Source of the DNA: Glaucostegus cemiculus
Lineage: Eukaryota
Length of the DNA: 64,000 nt
Direction: 5' to 3'
NCBI GenBank assembly: GCA_976551045.1
Contig: CDPCPM010000180.1
Span: forward strand, 13,144,001-13,208,000
The stretch's first letter is position 1. Every line of letters starts with the position of its first letter. Positions 1 to 11,985 of the stretch are shown piece after piece. A program made the position numbers and the translations under genes. The notes below the pieces were generated by a model. That model made no database searches. It saw only the letters and a list, made by a program, of their open reading frames with translations, and was not told where the DNA came from.

Positions 1-304
1 GGATGTGCACACAGATATTTAGTTTTTTTATGACTTGCATGCTTACTGTTAATTTATCAGTTAACTGACAATTAACTGACACCAATTTGTCAGTTAATAC
101 AGATTTTCTCTGTGCTTAATTAATTATTGCTGTTGGGGGTGAATATCTGCAACAGATTGATAGGGAATTGAGGGCTTCACTTAGATACGGAATCAACCAT
201 ACTCTTATTGAATCAAAGAGCTACGCCATGGATCCCAGTGGTTTATTCCCCTTTCTATTTCTTGTGTTCCCACGTTTACCTTCAATGGCTGTGCCATTAA
301 TTTC

Positions 305-1940
305 TATAAGGCAAAAGCTAACAGCATAAATGGCATTGATGCCTCACTCCCCAATGAGCTCAATGCCTTTTATGCACGCTTTGAAAGAGAGAATAACATT
401 ATGCCTGTGTGATTCCCCATAGCCCTCTGATCTCTGTCTCAGAGGCCGACGTCAGAACACCCTTCAAGTGGGTGAATCCTCACAAGGCGTCAGGCCCCAA
501 CGGTGTATTTGGTAGGGGACAGAAAATCTTTGCTAACCAACTGGCTGGAATGTTCAAGAACATCTTCAATCTCTCACTGCTGCATTCAGAGGTTTCCACC
601 TGTTTCAAAAGGGCATCAATCATACCGGTGCCCAAGAAGAGCAGGGCAAGCTGCCTCAATGACTATTGCCAAGTAGCACTCACACCTACTGAGATGAAGT
701 GCTCTGAGAGATTGGTCATGGCTAGAATTAACTCCTGCCTGAACCAGGGCCTGGACCTGCTGCAATTTGCCAATTGCCACAACAGGTCCTCCAGCAGATG
801 GAATCTCATTGCCTCTTCACAGCAATACATCAGGCTACTGTTTATTGATTACAGCTCGGTGTTCAACACCATCATCCCCACAGTATTATTCAACAAGCTT
901 CAATATCTGAGCCTCTGTACCTTCCTCTGCAACTGGATCCTTGACTTCCTTATCGGGAGATCAGTCAGTGCGTATTGGTAGTAACACCTCCTCCTCGCTG
1001 ACAATCAACACCGGCGCACCTCAAGGATGCATGCTTAGCCCATTGTTCTACTCTCTCTACACTCATGTCTGTGTGGCTAGGCACAGTTTAAATACGATCT
1101 ATAAATTCGCCAATGACACCACTGTGTTTGGCAGATTCTCACATGGCAACAAGGAGGCGTACAAGAGTGAGATAAATCAGCTGGTTGAGTGGTTTTGTAA
1201 CAGCAATCTTCACTCAACAAAGGAATTAATCATGGACTTCAGAGTGGGGGAATAGGGAGAACACATACCAGTCCTCATTGAGGGGTCAGCAGTGGAAAGG
1301 GTGAGCAGCTTCAAGTTTCTGGGTGTCAACATCTCTGAGGATCTATCCTGGGTCCAACACACTGCTGCAGTCATGAAGAAGGCATGTCAGTGGCTCTACT
1401 TCATCAGGAGTTTGAGGAGATTTGTCGTTAGATTTGAGGAGTATGTTGTTAAAGACTCTTACAAGTTTCTACGGGTGTACAGTGGAGAGCATTCTGACTG
1501 GTTGTATCACCTGCTAGTATGGGAGGCTCCAATGTGCAGGATCGAAAGAGGCTGCAGAGGGTTGTAGAATCTGCCAGCTCCATCACAGACACAACCTTCC
1601 TCACCATTGAGGACATCTTCAAGAGGTGGTGCCTCAAGAAGACGGCATCCATCATTAAGGACCCTCACCATTCGAGAACATGCCCTCTTCTCATTACTAC
1701 CACCAGGGAGGAGGTATAAGAGCCTGAGGACCTGCAGTCAACATTTTAGAAACAGCATCTTCCCCTCCACCATCAGATTTCTGAATGGTCCATGAACACT
1801 ACCTCGTTATTCCTTTATCGCACTACTTATTTATTTTTGTTTATAACTTGTAGTAAATTTTATGCTTTGCACTGTACCACTGCTGCAAAACAACAAAATT
1901 CACCATACACTGTATGTCAGTGATAATAAACCCAACTCTG
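305..1940 (+). mobile_element. Rex1/Babar-clade LINE, 5'-truncated and frameshifted (RT through 3' UTR)
   Basis: Successive ORF fragments: [64 protein letters not shown] (FADD), FKFLG, SIIKDPHH. Ends GATAATAAACCCAACTCTG, a degenerate AATAAA+(CTGATT)n tail. Confidence 0.9.
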
Positions 1941-2564
1941 CACAAATCTAATGGAACTATGGTTAAAGAATGCGTCTGATAATGATGTATTTGGCCATCA
2001 GTTGAATGGAGTTCAAATCATATTCTATGAAAAGGCATGTAGAGAACTTCATCATTTTGCTGCACTGCTGTGAAGATGAAAATCAACTTTACGTCTGAAG
2101 ACAGAAACAGAGTCAATGTCCGACTTGCTGAGTACTTCCAGCAATTTCTGGTTTTATTTCAGATTCCTAGCATTTACAAAGTTTCACTTTTGGATGCCAA
2201 CAGAGGACACCTATCATATTTCTTATTTTAAGTTGATTAGAATACAAAATATCTATTAATTTGTAAAACATTGTCAAGAAAATGCTATTTCTGTGCTTGT
2301 GGTTCTTTATCAGATTTTTACTGGTCAGCTTAAAGGATTAGCATTAAGTTAATGTTATTAGAAAAATATACTCCCAAGCTAACAAATAGTCATAAATTTT
2401 GTAACAAGTTAACTTACTAGAATATTAATAAAGGACTTATTGGCACTTGACGGTAAATGACAATTGCTTTGGAAAATGTGACCAAATGTTTCTCCATCAG
2501 TAGGCTCTAACTTCATGGTACAGTCAATATTTCAGGAACTGCTTCTTTTCTCCCTCCCCCAACC

Positions 2565-2718
2565 TTCCAATCAGATTTCTGAATGGTCCATGAACACTAC
2601 CTCATTATTCCTCTTTTGCACTATTTTTGATGGTAACTTATAGTAACTTCTATGTCTTGCACTGCACTGCTTCTGCAAAACAACAAATGTCAATGATAAT
2701 AAACCTGATTCTGATTCT
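2565..2718 (+). mobile_element. Rex1/Babar 3' UTR fragment
   Basis: ATCAGATTTCTGAATGGTCCATGAACACTACCTC is shared with 1772-1805; ends AATAAACCTGATTCTGATTCT. Confidence 0.85.
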
Positions 2719-2904
2719 AGTATATGGCAGTGTTCTACCTGAAACTTGTTCAACTCCTTCAATAGCCAGGACTGTTGTTTTGTTATAAAAATGGCATGTA
2801 TGCCAAAATTAAAGCTGATTAACAAGGTGGATGCAGAGGTTTATCAGCACTGGCTAAAACTCATTCCCAACTGGGTGTAAACTCTAGACTGGTCATAAAC
2901 ATCA

Positions 2905-3180
2905 CTGGTTAACCACTAGGAAGAGTAGCAGAGGCCTTCACTAACAATTCAAGCACATGAATTCAAATGTCATTATGGTACCAGGTGACTTAAATTCAAT
3001 AAGTTAAATGAAAGTACTTTTCAGTAAAGGTGAGCTGAAATTATTAGGTTGTTGGAAAATACCTGTCTGGTTCATGAATGTCTGTCATTGAAGAAAACCA
3101 GGTGCCCTTCCCAGCCTGGCCTGTAATTGACTCCACGTCCACAACAGTGTGCTTGACCTTTAATTACCCTCAGAAGTGGA
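2905..3180 (+). mobile_element. Old tRNA-derived SINE (apparently same family as 40085-40408)
   Basis: Degenerate B-box-like GAATTCAAAT; body resembles the reverse complement of 40085-40408. Judged by eye. Confidence 0.45.
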
Positions 3181-5589
3181 GTTGTGAGAGCCGTGCATGT
3201 AACAAGACAGTAGTAGAAAATTCCACAGGAGACATCAAGATACAATTCCTTGTCTGCATCAGCCATGGCAAGTAGAATACAAAACTTCATTGTTTTATGC
3301 TGCACAATCCAACAAAATATATGCGGCAGTGAGCACCAGAGGGATGACAGCAAGGAGCTTCAGAGCTTAAGGCCATGAGGTGAAGCCTGAGAGCAGCAGG
3401 TGAAGGAGAAGACAGCTAGGAAGGTGACTTTGCCTCATTTCCCATATGAGCAGGGAAGGGAAGCACCGAGGGACAGGGTCACGTGTTTCTCCAAAGTAGT
3501 CTGCGATATGATGAGCCCTCAATAGACCTTCCTAATTTCTTCTGTATTTTTTCTCTCACTGAATTGATGTTATTTGCTTACCATTTTCCTAGTGATCCCC
3601 ACTCTTTGATGTTCTGGGTTTGTACCTGTGACATATTGTATTAGTGGGTCCTCAAAGCTTCCAGGCTGTAGCGAGCAACGAGGTGTGTCCAAGTTTGAAC
3701 TCTGGTTTGCACATGCAGCTTTTGTGGCTGGTGCACTTTGCCATTATTGGCCTGGAGTTCACTCTGTTGTTTTGTTGACCCAATAATTTTCAGAAATTAC
3801 TGGGCACACCAGGTCAAATGCAACAAACTTCCAAGTGTGCTGATTATCCCTTTTTTTGTCTCATCAGTTTAATGTGAGGTGACATATGTGTCAGTTTCTC
3901 CTGGTGTTGTTTTGCCCAGTGTGTCCGTCGTCTGTATTCTATCATGTTGAACAATGCCCTAGAGATGGTGTGCTTCTGAATGGATCACAGAAGATATTGG
4001 TCCAATTCCTGAATTCTGTATGCCTGAATTTATACCAGTAGGTGGCCTATGTTCCAAAATGCTAATTGATTTGCTGGACATATTAATATTGTACTCAAAA
4101 ATACATTGTGTGATTATAAGAGTATTGTTAAGGTTAAACTTTGGGTTGTAATTTTGACATGGAAATATTTTTATATATTTAAAAAAAATTGTGTCTACTG
4201 GGTCTAATGACACGAATGGACTGTGAGTAAAAATGATGATAGCATATGGATTTTAAAATATTAAAGAGGTGCTTCACAGCTCCCAAATAAATCTGAAGCC
4301 TCGTATTTTGAGCTCACTGTGGAGAGCAATTAAACTACAAGGAGTTCATGTCAGAATATCCATAACTTAATTGTGCCCCTTCTGATTAAATTGCAGTGTT
4401 TTCATTGCTGACCTTTGAACAATGAAAATGTCCACTTTTTTTTTGTGCAGTGGTTGATTTAAAGTTTCTAATTTTTTTTTAAAAAAGGCTTTCTGATAAC
4501 ACAGCTACTTTTATCTTGAGTAAGTCCAGGTTAAATTGCCCATAGCTACACTATCCATGTTATTGGCACCCTACACCCTATACATTCACTCCCTTCACCA
4601 CTAGCACACAGCCACTGTTCCCATCTCTGTTCTTCTCCAGAGAACCATGCTGACAATGCACAAGAAGATATTGATGAGGATTGGATTGGGTTCAAGTGTC
4701 ATGCCACCACAGTCAAATAGCCCTCTGACATCCACCGTCAAAGCTATGACATGAATAATGGGTGAGGTAGTGGACCATGTCCAATGGACATTGATCTATG
4801 TTCCAATGAGAAGTTGATACCTTCAAGACACCAGAGAAGAAAGGTTGTGAAAGCTAAGTGATGCGTATTATTGAAACTGGAATAGACTTGGTCAGTCCAA
4901 ATTATTAACCAATTTAAGGAAACAAATGTTATCACAATAAACATTAAATCCTGAACGAGTTCCATCATTTCTGTATTAATAACCTTCACAAAAAAAACAC
5001 CATTTTCATTATTACAGCAGACATTCTAAAAAAAAAAAAGTGGTGCTTGCATATTTAATGTTTCTTTAGATTGGAAAGCTGTCCATTTCTTCAGCAACAC
5101 GCAAAGATTTAAAGGGGATTCAGACATATTCCTGTCTCTTAGATGAAAACATTTTAACTTTAATGCAATGGTTCAAATGTGTTAAAATTCTGTGACAGAT
5201 GGGGGCTCGAAGCAAAATGAATATAAATACAGTGCTGAGGTGATGTCAGTAATGCTGAAAGACAACAGTGTACTTGGCAGAGCACATGCCAGAGGAGGAT
5301 TCAAACAGATATGGTTTCAGAGCCACAGTCTTCAATGTAGAGCTGACCTTGCAGATTTATAGAGCAATCCATTATCGCTAGTAAAACCATAAAGCTTGAA
5401 CAAAGAGAGAATTAAACCATCACCTAATGGATGCACTGTCATTTTATTTATATTTTTTTGCTTGCAAAAGAATATTTCATGGAAGTTCAAGTACATAATG
5501 CATTTACTTTCAGTATTATACAATCAAAAATCAACATACTAACAACTAGATAAAGATTGTTTTGTGTCACTCTGGATATTTGAATGGGC

Positions 5590-6140
5590 ACTTCTTCTCA
5601 TCAACCAGCTTTGCACCTTCTATGTGATTTCACTGTTGTGGATGCACAGCTCAATGTCATTGCCCATAGACCAGAACTTTTGCACACAGTGGGGTAACTT
5701 TGACCATGATTCCTCAGTATACCACCTTTGTCTCCTCAGTGGAAACATGTTCTGATAAACCACAGTGCCAACCTCTAAGATTACCATGGCTCTCCCCTAC
5801 CGTACCCCTCCTCCACACTAAAATGAATCTCCCTTGCCCTCCTCAATAGCTATGCAGATAATGGAGCCTGTGATCCACCATTCCCATTCTTCAGTCCTGA
5901 TTTTGCCTCCATTTGTAGGCAGTCCTGAACAACCTGATGACCTCGGTAACCTCCCTTACTTCCCTTACTAGCTGATTTGGCTGTTCTGACCCCTCTTCCA
6001 TCTCTCAACAACAATATCCAGAACTCTGACTATATTTCCACTCCTATCTACAATGCTCTCTCCTCCAATTCCTCCCCTCAGTCCCATCCACAATGCCCCC
6101 TCCTCCAATTTCCTTGTCTGATCACACTACTTAAGCTTGA
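5590..6140 (+). mobile_element. Probable ancient L2-like LINE remnant
   Basis: C/T-rich sense strand typical of L2; no intact protein motif could be read. Confidence 0.3.
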
Positions 6141-7828
6141 TCAATCCTATTCGAAGCCTGGCCTCGGGAAAGAAGAAATGCACAGTACATTTTCATCTCT
6201 GAAAAGGTGCAATGCCCATTTCTTCAAGGGCTCCATCACAACTGAATATTAGATTGGTGGGGCTTAGACCAAAATGATTGTTGGCACCATACAGCTGGTT
6301 TGTTCCTTATTAATGTTCCTTTAGCATGCAATACTTCCTCTATATTCACATGACAAATTGAAATGCATGCAAGGAATATAGGAATGTATTCACAGAGGGA
6401 GCATAATTTGATCTTAATTACTATCCATCCATTTGTGCCTGTTGTCATTCCGCCTAAGTTATAACTTTTCTCTCAGCTCGTGCAAAGATGTAATATATTT
6501 AGCCTGAATCAATAGTTCAATAATGAATACCTTTAAAAATCCTTATACAATGATGTATAAGAGGTCATAAGTTCTGCAGATGCCTTGGTTTGAAAGAGAA
6601 ATATCTATTCATTATTTTCTCTGTAATACTAAAACACTGATGACTATGTGCTGTCAGTGGTTAGTGATAGATTTATCCTGATGCAAAATAGTCCTAACCA
6701 AATGCATAAACCAGTTATAAAGTCAATAAACATTTCTCTACATCAAGAATGAAAGAATCATGAAAATACTATATGTCAGATGATAAGATTTGATACATTT
6801 AAAAAAAAGCTAAAGAAAATTGTAGTTCTAATGAAGGTGTCACTAACATGAATCTATCAAATAAAAAAAACGCAATACACACAGAGGGTTTGCAATGAAA
6901 TCTTCTGACTCAGCTCTTGGTAGTAATATTACCTGCTGATAAAGATGCGACCCACTTTTATAAAAGATACCATCTAGCTTCCAGCTGAATACCTTAATGG
7001 CAAGGAGTAAGGGCAGTACTAAACATCCAAATTAGAAAAACATATTTATCAGAGGAATGTAGTGGTGAAAGATTTTGTAGACAGGAAATTTTAGTGAAAT
7101 CTGATTTTAAATTTAGTGAAAATCATTGATTACAAGTGTTTTAGATGGATGAAACCAGTGTAGGATAAGAGACTTACAGTAGAGTTGTGAACCTATTGGT
7201 TTCCAAAAGGTTATGGATGGGAAGTTTCCCAGGAAAGAGAATAGTTGAGTCCAGAGGTGACAAATATACAAGTAGCGATTTCAGTAGCAGATGGACTAAG
7301 ACAACGTATCATGGAATTGGAGGTGATGTTTCCGATGGAAAGAAGTGTAAATCAGTTTGAGGTCAAACTTGATGGCAAAACTAATGAAAATCATTAGTTT
7401 AATGCATTGCCCAGTCCATCACAGGCTTGTCACTTCCTTCCATCCAGTCCATCTTCATGATAACTTGCTTCAGGAAGGCTAATAGTATCGTCAAGGATGC
7501 CTACCACCCTGGACATTTCCTTTTCTTCCTTCTACCTTATGGGAGAAGATATAGGAGCTTGAAATCATGGATGACCAGACTCAAGAACAGGTTCTTCTCC
7601 ACTGGTAATGGATTCCTGAACCAATCACGTCTTTCACATCCCCTTCCCAGTGGTACTTCCACATTATTAGACACTTAATTCTTCCTCTCCCGGTTATTCT
7701 GTTGGTGTCACCTCAGCATTTCTTTTTGCACTACTTCAGATTGCACTGCTATCTTTGCACAATTGTTGTTTTGCACTCATTGCTATATTTATTGTTATAT
7801 TTATTATTACCACGTATACTGTATGCTC

Positions 7829-8549
7829 CTACCAGCCTATGTATCCAACACATCATTCTCTGCCACTTCCACCATCTCCAACGGGACCCCACTACCAAGC
7901 ATATCTTCCCCTTACCACCTCTTTCTGCCTTTCGCAGGGACCGCTGTGTCTGCCACTCCCCCACCCCCATCCATCCTGCTCCCACTCCGGGAACTTCCCG
8001 CTGCCCCCACCATAGCTGCAACACCTGCCCCTACGCCACCTCCATCACCGCCATTCAGAGACCCAAATGGTCCTTTCAGGTGGGACAGAGATTCACTTGC
8101 ACCTCCCTTAATATCATCTATTGCATTCTCTGCTCCAAACTGACCCGCCTCCCCCCACCAAAACCATGCTGCTTCTTTTCTTCCCTTTCCTAGCCTAACT
8201 CTTTTCTCTAACCCCTTTTTCCCTGTCTTTCCTTACCTTTGACCCATCCCCTGGTGGATCTGCTGTCCCCTCCTCCCTTGCACCTGCCTATCACTATCTC
8301 TTACCTGCATCTACCTTTCATCATTTTGTGCCCACCCCGCTTCCCCTCTTTTGTCCACCTATCACCGCTCTGCTTTTCCCTCCTATGTATTGGGCTTCCC
8401 CTTTTCCTATCTTCAGTCCTGAAGAAGGGTCCTGACCTTAAACATTGACTGCCTGCTTTTCTCCACGGATGCTGCTTGGCCTGCTGAGTTCCTTCAGCAT
8501 CACAGTGTTTTTCATCTAGATTCCAGCATCTGCAGTCCTTTGTTTCTCC
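7829..8549 (+). mobile_element. Penelope-like element (PLE) 3' fragment, internally deleted
   Basis: IQHIILCHFHHLQRDPTTKHIF..PLSAFRRDR, Cys linker RCPHHSCNTCPY, and FTCTS.NIIYCILCS (start of GIY-YIG), then pyrimidine-rich UTR. Flanked by imperfect direct repeat ACTGTATGCTC (7818-7828) / ACTGTTTACTC (8550-8560). Confidence 0.85.
8414..8451 (+). ncRNA. Degenerate minimal type I hammerhead ribozyme motif in PLE terminal repeat
   Basis: CAGTC-CTGAAGA-AGGGTCCTGACCT-TAAAC-ATT-GACTG: stem I CAGTC/GACTG, CUGANGA box and stem II present; GAAAC mutated to TAAAC. Confidence 0.65.
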
Positions 8550-10249
8550 ACTGTTTACTCTGCGAGCTTCACACTAGCAAGGAATTTCAATGCACCCTGG
8601 TGTATACAACAATAAACTAATCTGAATCTAGCATGTAACTGTGGTCAGCACAAGGGAGGAAATCAATAGTGAAGGTTTAGAGATTGTGGCAGGGCTATAA
8701 AGCTTAATAGCTTTGGTCGTCACCATGCAGAATACAGGGAATCTGCATCCCACTGGTGATTAGACAAGCTGCCTGAAAGCTTGGGGAAATGGAGTTGTTG
8801 GCATGGAGAGAGGGAACTGAACATGTCAGTATATTTATTGAAGCCATATGATGCCTTTAGACTTTGTTTGCATGTTGATGGAGAAGCTCTGGTTGAGTAG
8901 GGCCAGTGAAAGAGCATGAAGGTAGAGGAATCTCAATGGTTGCCCTTTTAAAGTAAAGATAATAATTTGTTAAAGGTCAAAATCAATAGTCACCAAAAGA
9001 ATCCAGTTTTGTACAAAAATAAACCACAGATATCAATTTCCATTTGCAAATACATTTTTGTTAGAAAAAGTGTAAGACTATCACACTTAAGGCTTTTGTT
9101 GTATTGTGAGCTTTTTCTGTTACCCAAAACATTTCAATAATTTTGACTATATAGTATTTTGCTTTTCCTAAGAGAACAACTTCTGTATTCTAGTAAGTGG
9201 ATTGCTCTTCTATGAATGCATCTTCTCAAACAGATCTGTAAATGCCTTACATTATTTCAAATACCACAATAAATGTTTGTTATTCTAAAGTTATGGGCAA
9301 TGCCAAAATTGAAATGAGTTTTCACAGCAGATTCCAACCTAATAATCCAGATGTTGTATTGTTTATCTTCCCTTTGGACGTTGTTGATTTATTGCATGCA
9401 GCTGTTACTTTACAAAAGAGAGATTCCAGGATTGCATACTAATTTGACTTGACCTGCAAATCATGTCCTCAGAGTAAGTAAGTAGGAGAAAGGTACTTTG
9501 CTGGATTTTAATGCATGGGTAAGTGATTGGAGAGTTGGAGTTTTCATAAAATGAGAAGACTTTCTGCTGCATTAATATCAGTCCTGTCCCATTGTGAAGA
9601 TGGCAATGGCCAGCTGATAGGCTCTGACAATGGGTCCGGGGAAGAATTGGAGGACGTTGCATGGGAATGGGAAACAATCCTCAGATCTACTGTAGACTTG
9701 GCTTTCTCCTCCTGGATCCTCGGCCAGGAACTGGATTGCAGGCTGTAACTTGATATAGTGCCTATCTCACATGTGCAAAAGCTTTTGGCTTGTTTTGGCA
9801 ACTTCATTTTATTCTGGGTGGAGTGAATATTCTTCCTGCAGGAACAGCTTTCATTACTTGGATAGGTCACAGTAGAATTCCCAAGATGCTTCAAGCCAAA
9901 TTATATCTGGTCTTTCAGTCAGGGGATCACATTGCTTGGCTGAGGAGGAGACTAAGTATTATGTTACACAAGATATCAGAATTTCATGGAACAAGCTGGG
10001 TGAACCAGTTGATATTGAATTCTACTTGTCAAAGATTCTAATTTGTTGAAGCTGCAGTGTTTTTGTGACTACTTCCTGATACCTGCACCTCCTACCACCT
10101 TTGTGTCCTTAGTCTAAATTATTTATGAATAATGATGTAAATTTATAGCCCCAGAATAGATGCATTTGTTCCACCACACTAATTAGTGTGTATTCTTTAT
10201 CCACATGTTCCATCACTGACTCCCGCTTAACTTCAAATTCAATTGAAAA

Positions 10250-10430
10250 TTCAAAGTCAAAAGTCAAAGTCAAGTTTATTGTCATATGCACAACTACATG
10301 TATCCACAGGTGCAATGAAAAAATTACCTGCAGCAGTATCACAGGCACATAGCATCATATAAGCAGCATTCCCAAGAAAAAATATGAATTAAACAATATT
10401 TACAAAAAAGAACATGATTAGAACAAAAAA
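10250..10430 (-). mobile_element. Rex1/Babar-type 3' tail
   Basis: (AAAGTC)n then TTTATTGTCAT on +, i.e. ATGACAATAAA(CTTGA/CTTTGA)n on minus. Confidence 0.7.
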
Positions 10431-11289
10431 GTCTTCCTCCAAATCAAGAGCTCTCATTTTCATTAGTGATCTGATGTGCTTCTGTAAGTTGCTCATGGAA
10501 CATTTCCTGCACTGTTTGAAGGGGCGAACCATGGGCCAGCACAGGAAACTGTGGCAATCTTAAAATCTTGAAAAGGGTTTACAAACAGATGACCCTGATG
10601 GTATCTCTAGCCTAAGTATCAGCTTCAAGGTGTCTTTAGCTTGTTCTGTGGTAACCGTACGAGATTCAGGAACATTGTTTCACCTGAATTCAACCTTGTG
10701 TGTGTACTTCACAGATGGGTCACTCATCTTGGCTGCACAGAGTAGCTTTTTTTCTCTTAGGAGCTTACCCAACATCTGCATCATATAACCCAGATGTAAA
10801 GGACTGCAATCAATGTTCTTTTTAACAACTGTAGACTGCCATTGAGAAAGCAGGTGTTGAGTTGCAAGTTCCTTTATCACTCACTATCAGGGAATTGATA
10901 AACTGGAAATCTGGCAGATAGTAAGCCTGAGTAGTAAGATGAGGGCGTATTATCTTTAAGGATGGAATAAACTCTTTATTCTACATGTGGGTATGTTCCT
11001 GTGTATGTCTACGTGAGACAAGATGTACCTGCTTCTCAAGTAGTGCAACAGTTGCTAATTTTTCATGTGGAATTTAGTTTGCTAAAGGACTCCAAGTAGG
11101 TTGATGAGAGAACATTGTACAGCCAGCCACTGTATCAGGTAACAGTGTCTATCAATAGTCTGTAACGTGCTCCAAGTTAACTGTGTCACTATTGGAAATG
11201 AATGCAACAATGTGGAACCAGCTACATCAGAAGCTTCAGTTTGTATATCCAAGCTTAAAAAGCACTCAGTTCATATTATACTTATAATC

Positions 11290-11766
11290 TTACAAATTTC
11301 TACAGATGTTTGCTGGAGAATATCCTGACTGGTTGTATCACTGCCTGGAAAGGAGACTCAAATGCACAGAATTGCAGAAGGCTGCAGAGGGTTATAGACT
11401 CAGCCAGCTCCATCATGGGCACAACCCTCCCCACCATCAAGGACATCTTCAAGAGGTGGTGCCTCAAGAAAGAGGCATCTATCATTAAGCACTCTCCCCA
11501 TCCAGGACACACACTTTTCTTGTTACTACTATTAGGGAGGAGGTACAGGAGCCTGAAGACCCAAACTCAGTGATTCAGGAACAGCTTCCTCCCCTCCTGC
11601 ATCAGATTTCTGAACGATTCATGAACCCATGAACATAACCCCATCTATTTTTTTATACTATTTATTTATTTTTGTAAGTTATAGATTTTTATGTCCTGCA
11701 CTGCACTGCTGCCACAAAACAACAAATTTCACGTCATATGTCAGTGATAACAAATCTGATTCTGAT
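11290..11766 (+). mobile_element. Rex1/Babar 3' fragment
   Basis: LENILTGCITAWKG..RRLQRVIDSASSIMG.TLPTIKDIF..HPGH..GRRYRSLKT; tail AACAAATCTGATTCTGAT. Confidence 0.9.
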
Positions 11767-11767
11767 A

Positions 11768-11985
11768 TTGGTAACTGGTTGATTATGGTCACATGTACTG
11801 AGATGCAGTGCCATCCATATAGGTCATTTCAAAATATAAATACATCAAGGTAGTAAACAAGGAAAAGCAATAACAGAATGCTGAATATAGTGTTACCGTT
11901 ACAGAAAAAGCGCAGTGCAGGTAGACAATAAGGTGCAAGGGCCATGACAAGATAGATTATGAGGTCAAGAGTTCATCTTTATCAT
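11768..11985 (-). mobile_element. Rex1/Babar 3' UTR of the (CCAATT/TTACCA)-tailed subfamily, tail-to-tail with the preceding copy
   Basis: Similar to 60578-60712 plus 61306-61400 (TTACAGAAAAAGCGCAGTGCAGGTAGACAATAAGGTGCAAGGGCCAT). Confidence 0.75.

Larger units (their letters stand above)
7405..8629 (+). mobile_element. Rex1/Babar 3' fragment interrupted by a Penelope-like insertion
   Basis: LPSIQSIF..KANSIVKDAYHPGHFLF.LLPYGRRYRSL..RLKNRFF at 7427-7678; 3' UTR resumes at 8550 and ends AATAAACTAATCTGAATCT. Confidence 0.8.

Noticed and set aside
9544-9894. Possible host exon
   Set aside because: No recognisable protein similarity and no convincing splice acceptor/donor pair in any frame.
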